From contig JBNJEY010000001.1 of NCBI GenBank assembly GCA_051746325.1, positions 1-47,437 of the forward strand: a stretch of 47,437 nucleotides of DNA, written 5' to 3'. Positions 42,409 to 47,437 of the stretch are shown in pieces (positions within the stretch are counted from its first letter, which is position 1; every line of letters starts with the position of its first letter). A model generated the notes under the pieces. That model worked only from the letters and a program-made list of their open reading frames with translations, searched no databases and was not told the origin of the DNA. The stretch is from Pseudomonadota bacterium. GTDB lineage: Bacteria; Pseudomonadota; Gammaproteobacteria; Thiomicrospirales; Thiomicrospiraceae. The position numbers and the translations under genes are program-made.

Positions 42409-42843
42409 ATGCAACTTAATACTCTAAAACCAGCAGAAGGTTCTAAATCTGAAAGAAAGCGCGTCGCACGCGGCCAGGGCTCTGGCTGGGGTAAGATGGG
42501 TGGACGTGGTCATAAAGGTCAGAAATCTCGTTCTGGTGGTATGCCTAGAATCGGTTTTGAAGGTGGGCAGATGCCTCTTCAAAGAAGACTTCCTAAGGTT
42601 GGCTTCAGATCAAGAAAGGCTACATATGCAACAGAGATTCGCCTTGATTTATTAGCTAAAATTGAAGCGGATGTTATTGATATTGCAGCTTTGAAAGCCG
42701 CTGATCTTATCAGCGACAAAATTAAAGTTGTTAAAGTTGTCTGCTCAGGTGAAATCACTAAAGCAGTTAAGTTATCTGGTATTAAGGCTACTGCGGGTGC
42801 TCTAGCAGCAATCGAAGCAGCTGGCGGTACTGTAGAGGCTTAA
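42409..42843 (+). CDS. rplO: 50S ribosomal protein L15
   Basis: [10 protein letters not shown] and [15 protein letters not shown] motifs. Confidence 0.99.
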   Translation: MQLNTLKPAEGSKSERKRVARGQGSGWGKMGGRGHKGQKSRSGGMPRIGFEGGQMPLQRRLPKVGFRSRKATYATEIRLDLLAKIEADVIDIAALKAADLISDKIKVVKVVCSGEITKAVKLSGIKATAGALAAIEAAGGTVEA

Positions 42844-42844
42844 T

Positions 42845-44155
42845 ATGAATAGTTCTGTTGCAACATCAGGTATGAGTGATTTAAAGAACAAGATCTTATT
42901 TGTTCTTGGGGCGATCGTCGTCTTTAGACTAGGTACACATATACCTGTGCCGTCTATTGACCCAATTGCATTAGCTGCGATGTTTGAACAGCAAAAGGGT
43001 ACGATTCTAGACATGTTTAACATGTTTTCGGGTGGTGCTCTTGAGCGTTTATCGATCTTTGCATTAGGTATTATGCCTTATATATCTGCCTCTATTATTA
43101 TGCAGTTATTAACCGTGGTATCGCCTTCTTTAGAACAATTAAAGAAGGATGGAGAGCAGGGTCGCCGCAAAATCACTCAATACACACGTTACGGTACCGT
43201 TGTTTTGGCAACGTTCCAGGCGTTAGGTGTCGCAATTGCTTTAGAATCTCAAAATATTAATGGTATGTCTGTTGTGGTAGACCCCGGTCTGCTCTTTAGA
43301 TTGACTGCAGTTGTGACGCTTGTTGGTGGAACAATCTTCTTAATGTGGCTTGGTGAGCAAATCACTGAGCGCGGCATAGGTAACGGTATTTCACTGATTA
43401 TCTTTGCGGGGATTGTTGCTGGATTACCCTCCGCTTTGGGTGGTACATTCGAACAAGTGAATACAGGTGCTCTTCACGCAATAACAGTGTTTGTTTTACT
43501 GGCACTTATTTTTGCAGTGATTGCTTTCGTTGTCTTTGTAGAACGCGGGCAACGTCGTATCCCAGTCCATTATGCGCAGAAATCGCGTAGTAATAGACAT
43601 TACGGCGGTCAAGAGTCTCACTTACCATTAAAGTTAAACATGGCTGGGGTTATTCCTCCTATCTTTGCTTCTAGTATCATCTTGTTTCCAGCGACCCTTG
43701 GTGGCTGGTTCGGTGCTGCTGAAGGTATGGGTTGGTTAAAGGATATTGCAACTACAATGTCCCCTGGGCAGCCTCTTTATGTTTTGCTTTATGCAATTGC
43801 GATTATTTTCTTCTGTTTCTTCTATACAGCGATTGTTTTCAATCCTAAGGAAACAGCAGACAACTTAAGAAAATCTGGTGCCTATTTACCAGGGATTAGA
43901 CCAGGTGCTCAAACAGCACGTCACATTGACGGTATTATGGGTCGCTTAACCTTAGCGGGTGCGATTTATATTACAGCGGTTTGCTTGTTACCTGAGTTCT
44001 TAATTCTTTACTGGAATGTCCCGTTCTATTTTGGCGGAACATCACTACTGATCATTGTTATTGTTGTTATGGATTTCATGACATCAATTCAAGCTCAAAT
44101 GCAGTCGACACAGTATGCAGGCATGATGAAAAAATCAAAACGCAAGGGTCGATAA
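42845..44155 (+). CDS. secY: Preprotein translocase subunit SecY
   Basis: [24 protein letters not shown] and FGGTSLLI motifs. Confidence 0.99.
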   Translation: MNSSVATSGMSDLKNKILFVLGAIVVFRLGTHIPVPSIDPIALAAMFEQQKGTILDMFNMFSGGALERLSIFALGIMPYISASIIMQLLTVVSPSLEQLKKDGEQGRRKITQYTRYGTVVLATFQALGVAIALESQNINGMSVVVDPGLLFRLTAVVTLVGGTIFLMWLGEQITERGIGNGISLIIFAGIVAGLPSALGGTFEQVNTGALHAITVFVLLALIFAVIAFVVFVERGQRRIPVHYAQKSRSNRHYGGQESHLPLKLNMAGVIPPIFASSIILFPATLGGWFGAAEGMGWLKDIATTMSPGQPLYVLLYAIAIIFFCFFYTAIVFNPKETADNLRKSGAYLPGIRPGAQTARHIDGIMGRLTLAGAIYITAVCLLPEFLILYWNVPFYFGGTSLLIIVIVVMDFMTSIQAQMQSTQYAGMMKKSKRKGR

Positions 44156-44173
44156 CCAATTTGGTTATTGCCC

Positions 44174-44202
44174 TAGTATTTAGTCTGAAAGGCGAGTATA
44201 AT
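44174..44202 (+). promoter_or_regulatory. Putative promoter of the alpha operon
   Basis: Perfect TATAAT at 44197-44202, weak -35 (TAGTAT) at 17-bp spacing. Confidence 0.45.
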
Positions 44203-44241
44203 TCTCTGTTTTTCAGTAGATGGATTTAAAGGGAGCGCACT

Positions 44242-44598
44242 ATGGCACGTATTGCCGGTGTAAACATTCCAGTTAACAAGCATATTGTTATCGGTTTGAC
44301 TTCGATCTACGGGGTTGGTTCAACTACCGCAAAAGCACTTTGTGCTACTGTTGGTTTGGAGCCATCTACTAAAGTTCGAGAACTAACTGAAGTTCAGTTA
44401 GAAGCACTTCGTTCAGAAGTGACAAAATTTAAAATTGAAGGTGATCTTCGTCGTGAAGTATCTATGAACATTAAGCGATTAATGGACATGGGTTGTTACC
44501 GCGGAATTCGTCATCGTCGTAGTCTACCAATGCGTGGGCAACGTACAAAAACTAATGCACGTACTCGTAAAGGTCCTGTAAGACCTATTAAGAGATAA
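44242..44598 (+). CDS. rpsM: 30S ribosomal protein S13
   Basis: MARIAGV and [14 protein letters not shown] motifs. Confidence 0.99.
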   Translation: MARIAGVNIPVNKHIVIGLTSIYGVGSTTAKALCATVGLEPSTKVRELTEVQLEALRSEVTKFKIEGDLRREVSMNIKRLMDMGCYRGIRHRRSLPMRGQRTKTNARTRKGPVRPIKR

Positions 44599-44620
44599 CG
44601 CATAATTGCGAGAGAAGATT

Positions 44621-45016
44621 ATGGCTAAAGCAAAAGCAAATTCGCGTGTTAAAAAGAAAGTAAAACAGGTTGTGACAGATGCAGTAGCACATGTTCACGC
44701 TAGTTTTAACAACACAATTGTGACTATCACAGACCGCCAGGGTAATACACTGTGCTGGGCTACTTCAGGTGGAAGCGGTTTCCGTGGATCACGTAAAAGT
44801 ACGCCTTTTGCTGCGCAGGTCGCTGCAGAACGTTGTGGACAAATGGCCCACGATTTTGGTGTTAAAAACTTAGATGTTATGGTTAAAGGTCCTGGACCTG
44901 GTCGTGACTCTGCTGTTCGTGGCTTAAACGGTGCAGGTTTCAAAATTACGTCAATTGCTGATGTAACACCGATTCCGCATAATGGTTGCCGTCCACCTAA
45001 GAAACGTCGCGTTTAA
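44621..45016 (+). CDS. rpsK: 30S ribosomal protein S11
   Basis: [16 protein letters not shown] and PHNGCRPPK motifs. Confidence 0.99.
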   Translation: MAKAKANSRVKKKVKQVVTDAVAHVHASFNNTIVTITDRQGNTLCWATSGGSGFRGSRKSTPFAAQVAAERCGQMAHDFGVKNLDVMVKGPGPGRDSAVRGLNGAGFKITSIADVTPIPHNGCRPPKKRRV

Positions 45017-45030
45017 TATTTGAGGTAATC

Positions 45031-45651
45031 ATGGCTAGATATATTGGTCCAAAGTGTAAACTTGCCCGTCGTGAAGGTACTGACTTATTTTTGAAAAGTG
45101 GTGTTCGTAGCATCGACTCAAAATGTAAAATTGATCAGTTACCTGGACAACATGGTACAGGACGAAAGAAAGTAACCGAATACGGTTTACAGCTTCGTGA
45201 AAAACAAAAAGTTCGTCGTATGTACGGCGTATTAGAAAAAAAGTTCCGTCTTTATTACAAAGAAGCAGATCGCCGTAGAGGTTCAACGGGTATAAACTTG
45301 TTGCAAATCCTTGAAAGTCGTCTAGACAACGTTGTATATCGTATGGGCTTTGCATCGACTCGTGCTGAAGCTCGCCAGCTGGTATCACATAAATCGATTT
45401 TAGTTAACGGTCAATCAGTTAATATCCCTTCTTATGAAGTGGCTGCTGGTGATATTGTTGCTATTAGAGAGAAATCACGTAATCAAACACGTATTGCTTC
45501 TGCATTAGATTTAAATGCTCAAGCTGGTACTGTTAGTTGGGTTGAAGTGAATAAGACTGCATTTGAAGGAACTTTTAAAAATCTTCCTGATCGTACAGAT
45601 CTTTCTTCTGATATTTCAGAAAACCTAATCGTTGAGCTTTACTCTAAGTAA
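45031..45651 (+). CDS. rpsD: 30S ribosomal protein S4
   Basis: [18 protein letters not shown] and IVELYSK motifs. Confidence 0.99.
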   Translation: MARYIGPKCKLARREGTDLFLKSGVRSIDSKCKIDQLPGQHGTGRKKVTEYGLQLREKQKVRRMYGVLEKKFRLYYKEADRRRGSTGINLLQILESRLDNVVYRMGFASTRAEARQLVSHKSILVNGQSVNIPSYEVAAGDIVAIREKSRNQTRIASALDLNAQAGTVSWVEVNKTAFEGTFKNLPDRTDLSSDISENLIVELYSK

Positions 45652-45675
45652 AACCTGATACGGAGATACCCTCGA

Positions 45676-46659
45676 ATGCAAGAGATGTTAGAACAGTTGT
45701 TGACGCCTCGTTTGGTTGATATTAAAAGAAAAAGCGAATTTCATAGTCGTGTTACGTTAGAACCTCTAGAACGTGGTTTTGGACACACGCTAGGTAATGC
45801 GCTTCGTCGTATTTTATTATCTTCTATGCCTGGTGGGGCTATAGTACAAGCAAAAATTGAAGGTGTTTTACACGAATATTCTTCTATTGAAGGTGTAAGA
45901 GAAGATGTTCTTGAAATTCTTTTAAACCTTAAAGAAGTTGCTGTAAAACTTAATGCAACAGACCATGCGGAATTAACGCTAAGCAAGAAGGGTCCTGCGA
46001 TCGTTCGAGCTTCAGATATCGTCCTAAACCACGATACTGAAATTGCTAACCCTGAACATGTCATAGCACACGTCGCTGAAGGTGCAGAGTTGAATATGAC
46101 TCTAACCGTACGTTCAGGAATGGGTTATCAAGCAGCGGTAAGGACTGAAGAAGATTCTGGAATAGGCGTTTTACGTTTAGATGCGAGTTTCAGTCCTATT
46201 CATACAGTAAGTTATGAAGTTCAGAATGCACGTGTTGAGCAACGTTCAGACCTAGATAAGCTAATTATCGATATTGTCACTGACGGTACTCTAGATCCTG
46301 AAGATGCCATTAAGCAGGCAGCAACGGTTCTACATTATCAACTAAATGCTTTTGTTGATCTTAAGCATAAGGAAGTTGTAGCGCCAGAGGAAGAAGATAA
46401 TGAGTTTGATCCTATCTTCTTACAACCTGTTGATGATTTAGAATTGACTGTGCGTTCAGCAAACTGTCTGAAAGCAGAACAAATCTATTATATTGGTGAC
46501 TTAGTACAGAGAGCTGAACCTCACTTGCTTAAAACACCTAACTTAGGTAAAAAATCTCTGCAAGAGATCAAAGATGTTCTTGCACAAAGAGGTTTGAGCT
46601 TAGGGACTAAATTAGAGAACTGGCCGCCAGCAAGTTTGGTTAGTAAAGAGTCAGCATAA
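45676..46659 (+). CDS. rpoA: RNA polymerase alpha subunit
   Basis: [22 protein letters not shown] and [10 protein letters not shown] motifs. Confidence 0.99.
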   Translation: MQEMLEQLLTPRLVDIKRKSEFHSRVTLEPLERGFGHTLGNALRRILLSSMPGGAIVQAKIEGVLHEYSSIEGVREDVLEILLNLKEVAVKLNATDHAELTLSKKGPAIVRASDIVLNHDTEIANPEHVIAHVAEGAELNMTLTVRSGMGYQAAVRTEEDSGIGVLRLDASFSPIHTVSYEVQNARVEQRSDLDKLIIDIVTDGTLDPEDAIKQAATVLHYQLNAFVDLKHKEVVAPEEEDNEFDPIFLQPVDDLELTVRSANCLKAEQIYYIGDLVQRAEPHLLKTPNLGKKSLQEIKDVLAQRGLSLGTKLENWPPASLVSKESA

Positions 46660-46674
46660 AATAAGGAAGCTATC

Positions 46675-47061
46675 ATGCGTCATGGTAAAACAGGTCGTAA
46701 GTTAAATCGCAATAGTTCGCACCGTAAGGCAATGTTTAAAAACATGTCTGCTTCGCTTATCGATCACGAAGTTATTCGTACAACGGTTGCTAAAGCGAAA
46801 GAACTTCGTGGAATTGCTGAGCCTATGATCACACTTGCTAAAGTAGACAGCGTACATAATCGCCGTCTTGCTATGGCACGTCTAGGTGATAAAGCAATGG
46901 TTGCAAAGTTATTTTCAGAGCTTGGTCCTCGCTACCAGACTCGTCCGGGTGGATATATCCGCATTTTAAAATGTGGTTTCCGTCCTGGTGATAATGCACC
47001 AATGGCTATTGTTGAGTTAGTTGATCGTCCGATCACTGCTTCAACAGAAGCTGCTGAGTAA
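46675..47061 (+). CDS. rplQ: 50S ribosomal protein L17
   Basis: [20 protein letters not shown] and GDNAPMA motifs. Confidence 0.99.
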   Translation: MRHGKTGRKLNRNSSHRKAMFKNMSASLIDHEVIRTTVAKAKELRGIAEPMITLAKVDSVHNRRLAMARLGDKAMVAKLFSELGPRYQTRPGGYIRILKCGFRPGDNAPMAIVELVDRPITASTEAAE

Positions 47062-47069
47062 TCAGCATT

Positions 47070-47097
47070 AAAAAAGCCGGTTTTTACCGGCTTTTTT
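47070..47097 (+). terminator. Intrinsic terminator of the alpha operon
   Basis: AAAAAAGCCGGT-tttt-ACCGGCTTTTTT. Confidence 0.92.
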
Positions 47098-47115
47098 ATT
47101 CCTAAAATTCCTCAA

Positions 47116-47437
47116 ATGATTATCGATACTCATTGTCATTTAGATTCACTTCTTGAATCTTCCACAGATTTTATGAACTCCCAATCTGTTTTTAGAGAAC
47201 ATAATCTTACTCCCCAATTTATTGCTATGTCCGTTACTCCTGAAAACTGGTCTGTCGTACTTGAATTATCCCTTTTATATCCCAATATTCATGCTGCCTT
47301 AGGTATTCATCCTTGGTACGTTACGCCACAGAGCAGTTCTGCCCTTGACTCTCTTGAAGCACTACTAAATTCTGAATCGGTCGTTGCATTAGGTGAAATT
47401 GGCTTGGATTTCTCACCCGCTTATCAACAGAGTAAAA
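47116..47437 (+). CDS. TatD-family hydrolase (partial, runs off the window; not in the ORF track)
   Basis: Manual translation: MIIDTHCHLD...AALGIHPW...VALGEIGLDF. Confidence 0.93.
   Translation, partial: MIIDTHCHLDSLLESSTDFMNSQSVFREHNLTPQFIAMSVTPENWSVVLELSLLYPNIHAALGIHPWYVTPQSSSALDSLEALLNSESVVALGEIGLDFSPAYQQSK

Noticed and set aside
1-47437. Prophage, integrase, transposase, CRISPR or defence system, including insertion at the four tRNA genes
   Set aside because: No such ORFs, no duplicated tRNA 3' ends and no repeat-spacer array seen

Overview
Gammaproteobacterial core-genome window. Protein sequences and gene order suggest a Thiomicrorhabdus/Thiomicrospira-like sulfur oxidiser; this is an inference, not searched. 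Bases 1-15.2 kb hold metabolic genes: two hypothetical proteins, bioD, purC, a PsiE-family gene, rpe-gph, trpE-trpG-trpD-(DUF454)-trpC, a speD-speE-ornithine decarboxylase-OsmC cluster, DUF805 and bioA. Bases 15.4-47.1 kb are the translation/transcription supercluster: tRNA-Tyr/Gly/Thr-tuf-tRNA-Trp-secE-nusG-rplKAJL-rpoBC, then the str, S10, spc and alpha operons, followed by a partial TatD gene. I see no mobile element, CRISPR array or defence system. The most notable unexplained signals are non-coding: (1) a 12-bp palindrome ACCAGGCCTGGT, with 3 perfect and 3 degenerate copies, all in the first 15.2 kb; (2) a tandem-duplicated 38-nt hairpin element with a terminator upstream of trpE; (3) a ~180-nt leader with a 35-codon uORF before the polyamine operon; (4) absence of rpmJ from the secY-rpsM interval; (5) a boxA-like site between tandem promoters of the tRNA-tuf operon.
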